DNA of 64,000 bases from Candidatus Desulfaltia bathyphila (GCA_014381545.1 JACNLL010000035.1:1741-65740), one strand, 5' to 3'. Numbered from the stretch's first letter, positions 46,371 to 56,012 are shown. A program made the numbers and translations. The notes: generated from the letters alone by a model not told the origin.

Positions 46371-46388
46371 TCGCATGAACCCATAAAC

Positions 46389-46425
46389 TTATTTATACCC
46401 ATCCGGATGCTTTCTGTGCCATTTT
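46389..46425 (-). repeat. Remnant of the galE 3' end (copy R2)
   Basis: The minus strand reads KWHRKHPDGYK*, compared with GalE WEWHRKHPNGYKFF*. Confidence 0.65.
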
Positions 46426-46483
46426 ATGACCGAGAATAATCATGAGAGATTTCCAGAGAAGTGAGAATGTGGGCTGTGGTTTT

Positions 46484-46834
46484 TTAAGAAAGGGTTGCCT
46501 CGCTTATTCCAAAAACTTTCGCTAACTTTTGTCTGGTTGCTTTGCGATAAACAGCGCCTTCACGTTCCCATTTTGCCACGGTTGACTGTTTTACCCCGAT
46601 TCGACCGGCAAGTTCTTTCTGTGTCCATCCCCTTTCAAGGCGCTCCCGTTTGACAGGATTCATAAAGATATAGTCTTCCGCTTCGTTCTGATCATATAGC
46701 GGTTCAGACTTGGCCTCACGAATGTCGCGCAGATCGGATTCATCTTCTATACGGTCAAGGATGGCCTGGAATGACTTGACGGGCAGCACCACAAACTTTA
46801 CTTTTCCATTTTCCTTAATTGTCTGGTATTCCAT
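46484..46834 (-). CDS. XRE-family HTH antitoxin (HigA-like) with an N-terminal extension
   Basis: WTQKELAGRIGVKQSTVAKWEREG is an HTH motif. The gene lies immediately downstream of the RelE-like gene. Confidence 0.85.
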   Translation of the reverse strand: MEYQTIKENGKVKFVVLPVKSFQAILDRIEDESDLRDIREAKSEPLYDQNEAEDYIFMNPVKRERLERGWTQKELAGRIGVKQSTVAKWEREGAVYRKATRQKLAKVFGISEATLS

Positions 46835-46836
46835 AG

Positions 46837-47097
46837 TTACCTCTTGTAAATGTCGCCACGTGGGCGGATTTTTATTATTTCTATTATTAGCCGGTCATCC
46901 TGACGTGTATAGATGACACGATACTGTCCCGCTCTGAGACGAAATCCCTCTCGTCCCTTTAAGACGTCGATATTAAGAGAGGCATTATCAGGATTTGCCG
47001 CAAGCTGATGCAAATTGCCTACTATGGCCGATTTTATTTTCAGCGGCAGGTGTGCCAGATAGTTTCTGGCCTGGCGCCTGTATTTCAATTCATACAT
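46837..47097 (-). CDS. RelE/ParE superfamily toxin (toxin-first, HigB-like arrangement)
   Basis: 86 aa. ...GFRLRAGQYRVIYTRQDDRLIIEIIKIRPRGDIYK is a typical RelE/ParE C-terminal pattern. Confidence 0.85.
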   Translation of the reverse strand: MYELKYRRQARNYLAHLPLKIKSAIVGNLHQLAANPDNASLNIDVLKGREGFRLRAGQYRVIYTRQDDRLIIEIIKIRPRGDIYKR

Positions 47098-47286
47098 GAT
47101 TTGATTATAGCTTTAAAAGATATATTGTCAAGATGAAAAAACGTTTGGAATTAATGTGCAACATATGAAAATATAAATGACCAAATCTGCGTTTTTTCAA
47201 TAATTCAGACAGCGTGAACACATGCAGCATAATCATACACGTCCTGAAATCTAATTTTTTGAACCCTGAACCCTGAACGGTTGTGG

Positions 47287-47340
47287 TATACCCATTCGGA
47301 TGTTTTCTGTGCCATTCCCGTGCGCAGGCGATGATGTCTT
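47287..47340 (-). repeat. Remnant of the galE 3' end (copy R3)
   Basis: The minus strand reads KDIIACAREWHRKHPNGY, compared with GalE EDIVATAWEWHRKHPNGY. It is about 80% identical to 50422-50475 by eye. Confidence 0.7.
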
Positions 47341-47562
47341 TTAAAAGCCTGATAACCATAGTCTAAAGACTGGATCTACAACCTGCCAAACCTGATTCTT
47401 CTTTTCAATTAAATCCATTTGCTCAAGCTTTTTTTGAGCATATTGAATCCCGCCGATGGATAGTTTATGCTTATTCATATATTTGGTTGAAAGAATCTTT
47501 GTGCTTGGATTAACAGCTAACGCTTTTAATAATAATATTTGCGGGCTGGTTAGTTCCTGCAC
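47341..47562 (-). pseudogene. Stand-alone winged-helix fragment, probably the C-terminus of a DUF234/archaeal-type ATPase
   Basis: 73 aa ending ...WQVVDPVFRLWL, as in C-terminal domains of those ATPases. No upstream ATPase domain is present. It abuts galE remnant R3. Confidence 0.45.
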
Positions 47563-47760
47563 AATGCCTTCATAACAAGGGAATTAATTATACTTTATGT
47601 CTTTCATTATTTTCAATAATTGATTCTGCTTAAAAAGTTATCTATAAATTTGTTTCAAAAGGCCGGATCGTGGTCATTATGGCTGATTTACTTCTTTTTT
47701 CTTGGTTCTCCGTGATCTATGGTAAAAAGCTTATGTCTTTCGCAGACCTTAGGGTATTTT

Positions 47761-49026
47761 TTAAAGCTCTCTACCTGAAAATGACAGATCATAAGGCAGA
47801 ATGAGTTCATATCCTTTCTCCTGTTTCTGCCTGCCCAGGTTGATAAGAAATGGTGCGCGCGATTCCGGGTACATATCACAGAAGGCTTTTAGCCCTATGA
47901 AATCCTCACGTTTAAGGTTTTCCTTATATTTAATTTCTATCGGGATCTGTTTGCTGATAAAATCCAGGATAATGTCAACTTCATGTCTGTTCTTATCTTG
48001 CCAAAATTTAATTATATCAGTTTTTATACCGCTCTTCAATAATTCAGACAGCACAAACCCCTCAAATAAGAACCCGGAATCATTTCTTTTGTTAACAGGA
48101 TTAAAATTGTTGATGAAATAATTTCTTACGCCATTATCTATAAAGTAGATTTTTGGAATTTTGACAAGCTCAGAATTTTTGTTTGAAAAAAAAGGCCTCA
48201 GGCTAACTACCAGATATGTTTCTATTAATAATTCAATATAATTAAGAACCTCTTTATAACGCAGAGAACATATCTGTCCGATCTCATTATACTTTATTTT
48301 TTGCCCGTTATTGATTGCCAGATATTCTATCAGCCGTTTTACATGACCGATCTTCGAGACATTCAGATATTCCAGCAGGTCCTTCTTGACATAGAGGTCG
48401 AAAATGCTTTCCAGGACACCTGTCTTGTCATTTTCCAGAACGACTTCGGGGTAGCTGCCGGTCACCATAAATTCATTCAAGTATGCGAATAATTTGGAAG
48501 TTAATTGCGTAAGATGCTTCCCCTTTAATTTTCTGATGTTATGCAGATGCTGAATGGCATCTTTATCTTCCTTGAACCATAAGAATTCCTCAAAGCTTAG
48601 CGGATAAACATAGGTTGTTTGTTTCCTGCCTGCGAGCGATTCCTGAATTTCGTCCTTGATTTTGATTGAAGATGAGCCCGATGCGTAAATCTTGATATTG
48701 TCGAAATTGTCGTAGATGTTTTTCATTACGAGGGTCAGCCCCGGATATCTTTGGAATTCATCAAGGAATACGTAGAAAAACTCCCTCTGATTTTCATCAT
48801 AACCGTTTAATCTTAAAGTATTTAAAAAGTTTTCGAAGGCGCTAACCTTCTCATAATTGCTGTATATATCCAAATCGAGAAAAACGGCCTTTGAACTGAT
48901 GGCAATCTCATCATGAAGCGCTTTGAGAATTGTTGTCTTGCCAACCTGCCGTGCGCCAATCAGCAGAGATACCTTTTTGTCTTTTTTCTGTTTCAGTAGT
49001 GGTTGAAGTGATTTTCTTGACTTCAT
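47761..49026 (-). CDS. AAA ATPase of the COG1373 type (AAA_14 + DUF4143-like)
   Basis: Walker A GARQVGKTT and Walker B VFLDEFQ. The C-terminus has RHEVDIILD...IPIEIKYK, a PD-(D/E)xK-like pattern. Confidence 0.85.
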   Translation of the reverse strand: MKSRKSLQPLLKQKKDKKVSLLIGARQVGKTTILKALHDEIAISSKAVFLDLDIYSNYEKVSAFENFLNTLRLNGYDENQREFFYVFLDEFQRYPGLTLVMKNIYDNFDNIKIYASGSSSIKIKDEIQESLAGRKQTTYVYPLSFEEFLWFKEDKDAIQHLHNIRKLKGKHLTQLTSKLFAYLNEFMVTGSYPEVVLENDKTGVLESIFDLYVKKDLLEYLNVSKIGHVKRLIEYLAINNGQKIKYNEIGQICSLRYKEVLNYIELLIETYLVVSLRPFFSNKNSELVKIPKIYFIDNGVRNYFINNFNPVNKRNDSGFLFEGFVLSELLKSGIKTDIIKFWQDKNRHEVDIILDFISKQIPIEIKYKENLKREDFIGLKAFCDMYPESRAPFLINLGRQKQEKGYELILPYDLSFSGREL

Positions 49027-49040
49027 CTATAATTACTCCT

Positions 49041-49072
49041 ATGTTAACTTTAGTTTAAACTAAAATTAACAT
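49041..49072. promoter_or_regulatory. 32-bp near-perfect palindrome upstream of the ATPase start (possible operator)
   Basis: ATGTTAACTTTAGTTT|AAACTAAAATTAACAT has 1 mismatch. It lies 15 nt upstream of the start codon at 49026. Confidence 0.35.
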
Positions 49073-49549
49073 ACTTTTATAAAAAGAATATACTTCTGTC
49101 AAGATATTTCTGAGGAAACTTTTGCATAATGCACGCAATGTCAATGCGAACGAATGTGCCTCAATTCCATGGCTTGTAACCGCTTGTAATTACTGGATTC
49201 CCGCTTTCGCGGGAATGACACATGAGGCAGGAATGACATAAAGATGGAATTTGATTTCTTTACAGGGGGGTAAGAAATGTACGTCTAAGGAAAGCATATT
49301 TCATCTATTGAAATATTATAAAAAACTGCTCGATTCAGATAGCTGATTCCTGATCCCTGTCTGCGTGCAACGCACAGGCAGGCCTGGCCCACGACAACTA
49401 TCAATTGAACGTTTCGCTCAATTGAGGTTATATTCGTTTTTGTCCTGCTCAATAATGGCAAAGGCTGTGGTACCGGTGAGTTCATTAAAGTAGACTTGCA
49501 GAAAACGATTTTTTCAACAAAGTCAAGGTCTGCACCTCTAAGTTTATGC

Positions 49550-49966
49550 TCATAGTATATCCTCTGTTTCAATTCCTCTTTCTTTTAAAAACAAAAGAAT
49601 CCTTTTGATAAATCGATCAGCCTTTTCAATAGAATCCCTCACCTCTTCTTCATCAAAATAGGTGATCAGATCATAATCGCCATTCTCTCTGTCTTCCTTT
49701 AAGCTGTTCAATATCTTGCCAAACTCTTTCTCAATAAGATTGTTTTTAACCAGATGTAACCCAAACATTTGTTTTAAACCATCATGGGTGTAAACATTTA
49801 TCCCGGCAATCAAAAGGGCAGCTTTTGCTGCATGAAATACTGCATAATAGGCTCTTGAAACAGCATCATCAATATCTCCAGCAGCCAGACAGTGTCGAGC
49901 TGCTTCTATCTTTTGTCTTGATTTTCTTATCATTTGAGAAATTTCCTCAATAACTATTGGGTCCAT
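49550..49966 (-). CDS. HEPN domain protein (toxin partner of an MNT/HEPN pair)
   Basis: SRAYYAVFHAAKAALL...EDRENGDYD is HEPN (PF05168-like). There is a 13-nt overlap with the upstream MNT gene. Confidence 0.85.
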   Translation of the reverse strand: MDPIVIEEISQMIRKSRQKIEAARHCLAAGDIDDAVSRAYYAVFHAAKAALLIAGINVYTHDGLKQMFGLHLVKNNLIEKEFGKILNSLKEDRENGDYDLITYFDEEEVRDSIEKADRFIKRILLFLKERGIETEDIL

Positions 49967-50295
49967 AAGGTTATCCCTTCTTTTTTTATTATCTTATAAA
50001 AATGGCTGTTTCGATGTTTCATGGTTTTCCAGTCACTCTCCGAGGTGATTTTCAATGAGATATCAGCCAAGCTGGACAAAAAAAACTCATATGCTTCACC
50101 ATAAAGTTTCTCTTTTATTACAGGATCTTTTTCATTCGTTATAATAAGCAGATCATAATCTGAGCCAGGCCGTGCAACTCCTCTTGCCCTTGAACCAAAA
50201 AGAATTATTTTTTGAATGGCCTTGCGATAATCAGTAATTATTAGATGTATAAATGTTTTAACAATAGATTCTTCAACCCTGTTTAATCTATTCAT
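49954..50295 (-). CDS. Minimal nucleotidyltransferase (MNT antitoxin-type)
   Basis: LFGSRARGVARPGSDYDLLII is the GSxxRG...DxD motif. Confidence 0.9.
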   Translation of the reverse strand: MNRLNRVEESIVKTFIHLIITDYRKAIQKIILFGSRARGVARPGSDYDLLIITNEKDPVIKEKLYGEAYEFFLSSLADISLKITSESDWKTMKHRNSHFYKIIKKEGITLWTQ

Positions 50296-50410
50296 TGCCC
50301 TTTTTCTCTATCTGCATGGAGTAAAGCTTCTTTACTCTATATTTTGATAGATATTACAAAACACTTTTGAATGTCAAGAGAACAAGAGGATTAGGCCGGA
50401 AAGAATAGAA

Positions 50411-51394
50411 TTAAAAAAATTTATATCCATTCGGATGCTTTCTATGCCATTCCCAGGCAGTGGCGACGATATCTTCCAGTTTTGCATACTTTGGATTCCA
50501 ATGTAGTTCCTGATGAGCCAGATCTGAAGAGGCTATAAGAACTGCCGGATCTCCTGGCCTTCGGGGGGCAAATTCAAAAGGAACTTTTCTGCCGCTTACG
50601 AGTTCTACAGTTTTGACTACTTCAAGGTTCGAAAATCCCTGCCCATTCCCCAGGTTATATTTGCCGTTGGGATGTTTATCCAGATTTTCCAGCGCCTGGA
50701 TGTGAGCCTGGAACAGATCCAGCACATGTATATAGTCTCTGATGCAGGTACCGTCTTTTGTCTGGTAATCGTTGCCGAATATTTGCAGCTTTTCACGCTG
50801 TCCAAGCAGAACCTGAATGGTTACCGGAATGAGAAGAGTTACGTGACGTTTTGCATCGCCAAACCTTTTGCTTGCACCGGCAGCATTGAAGTATCGCAGG
50901 GCATTGAATTTGAGGCCGTAGGCTCTATGATACCAGTCTAAAATCTTTTCAAACATCAGCTTGGATTCCCCGTAAGGATTAATCGGCATCTGAGGATGTT
51001 TTTCGTCCACCGGGATATACTGAGGCTCGCCAAAAGTGGCGGCGCTGGAGGAAAAGATTATGCGGTTGCAGTCAGCCTCTCGCATGGCATCAAGAAGTGT
51101 AATACCGTTTGCCACATTATTATTGAAAAACTGACCTGGATCGGTCATGGAGGATTCAACTCTGGTATCGGCCGCGAAATGGATTACCGCATCAATGGAG
51201 TGGTTCTGAAAAATCGTTTTCAACAAAGATCGATCGCCAGAATCCCCTTCATAGAAAATAGCCTCGGGAAGCACCGCTTTACGATGTCCTTCCTGTAAAT
51301 TATCTATTACTACTACCTTATGCCCCTGGAGCAAGAACTCTTCAACACAAATAGAGCCGATATAGCCGGCCCCTCCTGTAATTAGTAGTGCCAT
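50411..51394 (-). CDS. galE: UDP-glucose 4-epimerase
   Basis: ITGGAGYIGS Rossmann motif and YGESK catalytic motif. 327 aa of GalE-like sequence throughout. Confidence 0.95.
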   Translation of the reverse strand: MALLITGGAGYIGSICVEEFLLQGHKVVVIDNLQEGHRKAVLPEAIFYEGDSGDRSLLKTIFQNHSIDAVIHFAADTRVESSMTDPGQFFNNNVANGITLLDAMREADCNRIIFSSSAATFGEPQYIPVDEKHPQMPINPYGESKLMFEKILDWYHRAYGLKFNALRYFNAAGASKRFGDAKRHVTLLIPVTIQVLLGQREKLQIFGNDYQTKDGTCIRDYIHVLDLFQAHIQALENLDKHPNGKYNLGNGQGFSNLEVVKTVELVSGRKVPFEFAPRRPGDPAVLIASSDLAHQELHWNPKYAKLEDIVATAWEWHRKHPNGYKFF

Positions 51395-51499
51395 AGCATT
51401 TTTTATCCTTATTTTTTATCCTTTGATTTCTGGTCTTGTGTATCCTGCTTGCGGTCTGTCAACTGACAGGCATTTTTCATTCATGTGGAAATCCCTAAT

Positions 51500-52372
51500 T
51501 TAGGCAGGATATACATCTGTAAAAGGAACCAGATTCCTGCTATGGCCAGCAAAACAATTGCTGCTTTCATTGTTTATCTCCTTATTAAAATTTCCTGAGC
51601 ATTTTATCACATGATCAAGCGCCTGCTTCACAGCCTCTTTTACCTCTTTTGATTGAGGCAGGGTTGACGCAAGCTGCTCTAAATATTTGTGGCTTTGAAG
51701 GGTCTGGAATGAGGGAACAAAATTCAGATCAAATGCCCAGCCTGTCAGGAGCAGTTTAAAATCGTTTAGTGTCTTCAAATCATTTATTCTTACTGTTTTG
51801 CATTTTTTCAAAGTCTGCAAGACCTGCGGTGAACATATGGGTTCATCTGCAAGTCCCAGCTCGATGATTGGATTTGGATTCTTTTCCCGTTCATTGTAGT
51901 AATCAATAAAAACCTTCCATATATCAAGTTTGTCAGCATCTCGAAGAAGCCGTATAAAAAACAGGGTGTTTTCATCTTCTGCTTTTGGAAGAACAGCGGC
52001 ATTATGATATGCAACAGCTTTTGCGACAAGTCTTTTTTCGTATTTTGAAAATACATTCAAAATTTTATGCATCCCTATCTGTTGCAATCCCAGCCTGGCA
52101 TGGTTTTTAGAATTCATATCATTAAATGTGCCGTATACGGCATACTGTTTAAACCTTCCGATGTCATGCAGTAAAGCCGTTGTTTCCGCTAACAGCAGCT
52201 CCTGCTCTGAAATGTTTAGGGATTTGCCTAACATGACAATATTATTGCACACACGTTTTGTATGTTCTTCTTTTAACCTGATAGCGCGGTTATATTCTGA
52301 ATCAGCGGTGTAATAACCGGACACATAATCAGCAAACCAGCTCTTTAAATGTGTAAGTTCACTTTTTTTCAT
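51500..52372 (-). CDS. HD domain phosphohydrolase family protein
   Basis: LLHDIGRF and LRDADKLD motifs (H...HD...D). There is a 4-nt overlap with mobB. Confidence 0.8.
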   Translation of the reverse strand: MKKSELTHLKSWFADYVSGYYTADSEYNRAIRLKEEHTKRVCNNIVMLGKSLNISEQELLLAETTALLHDIGRFKQYAVYGTFNDMNSKNHARLGLQQIGMHKILNVFSKYEKRLVAKAVAYHNAAVLPKAEDENTLFFIRLLRDADKLDIWKVFIDYYNEREKNPNPIIELGLADEPICSPQVLQTLKKCKTVRINDLKTLNDFKLLLTGWAFDLNFVPSFQTLQSHKYLEQLASTLPQSKEVKEAVKQALDHVIKCSGNFNKEINNESSNCFAGHSRNLVPFTDVYPA

Positions 52373-52851
52373 AAGTACTTTTTTTCTATAAAATCGACCA
52401 GGCTATCTATCTCTTCCAATCCGAACTTCGGCACTTTCAAGTCTATATTTGAATCTGTGACAAGGGCTATGAGATTATTATCTTCCCTGCAAAGAGGTTT
52501 TTTGTGCGTTGATGAACGGAAGATCTCTATTTTAGGTTTGTTTTCCCTCTTATAACCTTCGACTATAATTATGTCCATGTCATGGAAGTATTTCTCAAGA
52601 TATTTTAGAGATTCGGAGTTATCATCTTTTATCATGGCGATTTTACCCGGCGAGGCGACAATTACCATATCTGCCCCGGCCTCCTTATGCCGCCAGCTAT
52701 CTTTGCCTTTCTGGTCAATATCAAATCCATGATATGCATGTTTAATTGTGCCGATTTTATGCCCACGCCTTTTTAATTCAGGGATTATCTTTTCTATTAG
52801 TGTGGTTTTGCCTGATCCGGACTTTCCTACGATCGATATAATTGGCGGCAT
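52369..52851 (-). CDS. mobB: Molybdopterin-guanine dinucleotide biosynthesis adapter protein MobB-like P-loop protein
   Basis: IVGKSGSGKTTLIEKII...GTIKH...KDSWRH is the MobB pattern. Confidence 0.8.
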   Translation of the reverse strand: MPPIISIVGKSGSGKTTLIEKIIPELKRRGHKIGTIKHAYHGFDIDQKGKDSWRHKEAGADMVIVASPGKIAMIKDDNSESLKYLEKYFHDMDIIIVEGYKRENKPKIEIFRSSTHKKPLCREDNNLIALVTDSNIDLKVPKFGLEEIDSLVDFIEKKYL

Positions 52852-52913
52852 AATAAATTACCTTTTTGTATTTTTATACCCTAATTTAGCATTGGCTCAA
52901 TTAGGATAATAGT

Positions 52914-54560
52914 TCAATTTGCAGATGTTAGCAAACTCAAGTAATATTTTATAAGTGGAATCTGTTCCATGTATTCGGAATTCTTCCCTGTCTCAAGAAT
53001 TGCCTCTATGAGACGCTCAGATATTTGTTTTGCTGTTTCAATTTCTCCGTAATCTGTGAGTTTGCGGAAAAAATAATCATAAACAGATGTCCGGGCCGAA
53101 ATATCGGCGTTGAAAAATCCGGTCGCAGCCTTATCCCAGTCCTTTTGGTCAATTAAATACCTTATTGCCAGGTCCTGAAACATCGGCTCCTCATAATTGT
53201 TTTTATAATCTATTGAAAAGGGCAAAATATCGTCAATATATGCTTTGAGTTTTAACGGGCTTTCAGGACAGCAATAATAATACGGCTCAAGGTACCCTTC
53301 CGATTTTCTTCCGTATAGATGACGGCTGTTTTCCTGTTTGTCGACAAAACGACAAAGAGGTGTGTCTTTGTAAATTCTGCCGCCGATTGTATATTCATAT
53401 CGCCTTAAAAAATTCGGCGAAAACTTTATCATCTGTTCAATGGTATGATCAATTGTCTCATATGTTTCTCCGGGAAGACCAAAAACAAGATTTATTGTGC
53501 AATCAAGGTCGAATTGACGGCATAATTCAAGGGTCTGGATTATATCATTTTGGCGGTATGATGTTCGATTTATCTTCAAAACAGAGTCTGCAAAGCTGTC
53601 ACAGGTAAGCACAACGGAAAAGCCGGCCTGGGCTAAAAGCTCTGCGAATCCATCATTAAAGGGCCTGGGCAAAAATTGAGAAGAAAATCGAAAATGTTCA
53701 TGCAAACCGGATTTGATTATTTTCTTGACCAGAGTAGAGCAATGTTTCAGATCGGGTATATTAAACTCTGTGTCTGTAAAAAAAATATTTTTAATTCCAT
53801 CATACTTTTCAGCGATATTTTTTAGTTCATAAATAACATCATCATGGTCCCTGAAAATAAAGTTTCTGCCTTCAATGAGAGGCTCAACGCAGTAAGAGCA
53901 GTTCTGATTGCATCCCCGTTTTACCTGTATCGGCAGCCCCGCAGTTTCATAAGCATAATTGAATTTACTTTCCCTTTCAATAATTCTTCCAGCTTTCCTG
54001 AAGGCGTATGGCTGTTTCTGATTTATCTTATAACTATCCCTGCATTGAAATATCATGTTGGGGATTTTGGATATTTTGTCGTCATCAGGAAATGCTTCAA
54101 GAAATTGACGCACAGCCTCTTCACCTTCTCCGACAACGCCGTATCGAATCCCCAGCCTTTTCAGGATTGCCGCAGGAGATATTGTAAAAGCGCCCCCTCC
54201 GGCGATTAGAGGCACCCCGGGTCTTTGCTTTTTTATAATATCAATCAGCTGTTTTACATCCGGTAGAAAATAAAAAGTCCTGTATCCGGCGCCCTTATGA
54301 TTTCCATACTTCTCGCAGGCCATGCAAGTGTCTATGTTCCGGAGCCCGAGCCCTATCAGGTCGGGATCTTCGCGTTCTAAAATCCCGATCAGGTTAGTTT
54401 CAGGATCGGTTTCCGGAAGAAAAGGGAAGTCAATGGTTACATCATAAGAATGCCGGCGAAGATAATCGGCAATAATGTCCAACCCAAACGGGTATATCTG
54501 TTTTACAAAATAGTATTTATCTGTATATAAAAGCAACACTTTCTTAGGCTTGGACTGCAT
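52914..54560 (-). CDS. B12-binding-domain radical SAM protein
   Basis: The N-terminal Rossmann-like part (VLLLYTD...IAGGGAFT) is followed by CNQNCSYC (CxxxCxxC). 548 aa. Confidence 0.85.
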   Translation of the reverse strand: MQSKPKKVLLLYTDKYYFVKQIYPFGLDIIADYLRRHSYDVTIDFPFLPETDPETNLIGILEREDPDLIGLGLRNIDTCMACEKYGNHKGAGYRTFYFLPDVKQLIDIIKKQRPGVPLIAGGGAFTISPAAILKRLGIRYGVVGEGEEAVRQFLEAFPDDDKISKIPNMIFQCRDSYKINQKQPYAFRKAGRIIERESKFNYAYETAGLPIQVKRGCNQNCSYCVEPLIEGRNFIFRDHDDVIYELKNIAEKYDGIKNIFFTDTEFNIPDLKHCSTLVKKIIKSGLHEHFRFSSQFLPRPFNDGFAELLAQAGFSVVLTCDSFADSVLKINRTSYRQNDIIQTLELCRQFDLDCTINLVFGLPGETYETIDHTIEQMIKFSPNFLRRYEYTIGGRIYKDTPLCRFVDKQENSRHLYGRKSEGYLEPYYYCCPESPLKLKAYIDDILPFSIDYKNNYEEPMFQDLAIRYLIDQKDWDKAATGFFNADISARTSVYDYFFRKLTDYGEIETAKQISERLIEAILETGKNSEYMEQIPLIKYYLSLLTSAN

Positions 54561-54636
54561 TTTTCAAAGGTCTCTCCTTTTGAAAATCGACTTTTAAACA
54601 AGAGCTTTCAATAATCTCACAATGTTTGAGTCGATG

Positions 54637-55710
54637 CTATTCCGGAACATTGGGTATAGTGGTGAACTGCCCCTTATAATTTTTCAGCCTGTATTCTTTG
54701 TCCGATTTTTCAATAATGTAATAGTCGGGCATGAGCGGGATTTTGCCTATATTTGTGGCAATGACATACATGGGCTGGGCAAGACCGGTTGTGTGGCCGC
54801 GGAGTGCGTCTCTGATAAGCTCTGCGCCCTTTTCAACCGGCGTGCGGAAATGATCGATCCCCGGCGCCGGCTCACAATAGAAGACATAATAAGGCCGGAT
54901 GCGGATTGCCAGAAGCTTTTGATGCAGCTTTCTGAATGTTTCAACATCATCATTGATGCCTTTTAAAAGGACCGCCTGATTCCCGACATTGACACCACAG
55001 GAAAGGAGATCATAGACAGCCCTGGCTGTCTTTTCGGTAATTTCCTGAGGATGATTGCAATGGGTGTTTATCCAGATGGGGACCCGGTGAAAGCCGCTAA
55101 GCGCCTTCCTGAGGCCTCCGGTGATGCGATGTGGCAGTACAATCGGCGTCCGAGTACCAAAACGGATCATTTCAATATGGGGAATCTCCCGGAGTTTATT
55201 AATAAGATATTCTATCTTGTCATCTGAGAAAATAAAAGGATCGCCGCCGGTTATCAGAACATCCCGAATCTCTTTATGCTTTCTGATCCATTGAAGACCT
55301 TCTTTAACATCAAAACGCAGCTTAAGATCGCGATTAACAACAATCTCCTTGCGAAAGCAATGACGGCAGTAATTTGCGCAGGTATCCGTTACAGTAAAGG
55401 CAATGCGGTCATAATACTGTCTGGCAATACTGTCAGGCCTGACCTCATCGGTTTCCCTGTTTTCTTTCCAGATCAGATAATCGTGCATACCATAGCGATT
55501 TTCTTTTTCCTTCATAGATGGAATCACCTGCTTGCGTATCGGACAATTGGGATCATCCGGATTCATCAGGGAAGCAAAGTATGGAGTAGTTCCCCATTTT
55601 GTATTTAGAGTCGTTATGGCTTCTTCCTCTTCCGGACTGACATTGATAAATTCTTTTAATCTATCGAGAGTATTAACGCTGTTTTGCAGTTGTTCTACCC
55701 ATTCTTCCAT
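54637..55710 (-). CDS. KamA family radical SAM aminomutase (lysine 2,3-aminomutase-like, short form)
   Basis: CANYCRHCFRKE cluster motif, GGDPF, and PYYVFYC...HFRTP, typical of KamA/EpmB family enzymes. Confidence 0.9.
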   Translation of the reverse strand: MEEWVEQLQNSVNTLDRLKEFINVSPEEEEAITTLNTKWGTTPYFASLMNPDDPNCPIRKQVIPSMKEKENRYGMHDYLIWKENRETDEVRPDSIARQYYDRIAFTVTDTCANYCRHCFRKEIVVNRDLKLRFDVKEGLQWIRKHKEIRDVLITGGDPFIFSDDKIEYLINKLREIPHIEMIRFGTRTPIVLPHRITGGLRKALSGFHRVPIWINTHCNHPQEITEKTARAVYDLLSCGVNVGNQAVLLKGINDDVETFRKLHQKLLAIRIRPYYVFYCEPAPGIDHFRTPVEKGAELIRDALRGHTTGLAQPMYVIATNIGKIPLMPDYYIIEKSDKEYRLKNYKGQFTTIPNVPE

Positions 55711-55719
55711 TAGTTATTC

Positions 55720-56012
55720 CTCAAGTTTCGCACCCTTGATTTCTATCAAAGTCAAGGTGGTAAAGGAGCCAAATTCAATTTTTCAAGCGAAATGATTTAT
55801 CTGTCTTTTTTAACCAGCACTCCACGACTTGTGCCAAGAACAGGCACAAGGGATATATAACATACTGAACTCATACGTGGTTTCAAGCAGTGTCTTAATG
55901 TTTGTTATTGGTGCCGTTGTCGAAGCTTAAGGTATAATATTTCGCTTTAAAAATTTATTTTGGCCCTTACCGTTTAAAGGCTTTAATAAATAAAAAGGGT
56001 GCGAAACTTGAG
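55720..56012 (-). mobile_element. MITE-like element, copy 3 (complete, inverted orientation)
   Basis: TIRs are CTCAAGTTTCGCACCC (55720-55735) and GGGTGCGAAACTTGAG (55997-56012). The flanking direct repeat is GTTATTCC/TTATTC (55713-55720 and 56012-56019). Confidence 0.8.

Noticed and set aside
49285-49572. 95-aa minus-strand ORF in the spacer between HEPN2 and ATPase2.
   Set aside because: It reads through REP-type palindromes (ACAGGCAGG and GGAATCAG types). It has no recognisable domain and overlaps the HEPN gene end. Probably non-coding.
43152-50410. A search for an integrase, transposase or tRNA gene that would explain the galE-end repeats.
   Set aside because: No ORF in the islet shows tyrosine/serine recombinase or DDE motifs, and no tRNA-like sequence was seen. 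The mobility mechanism is therefore left open rather than asserted.
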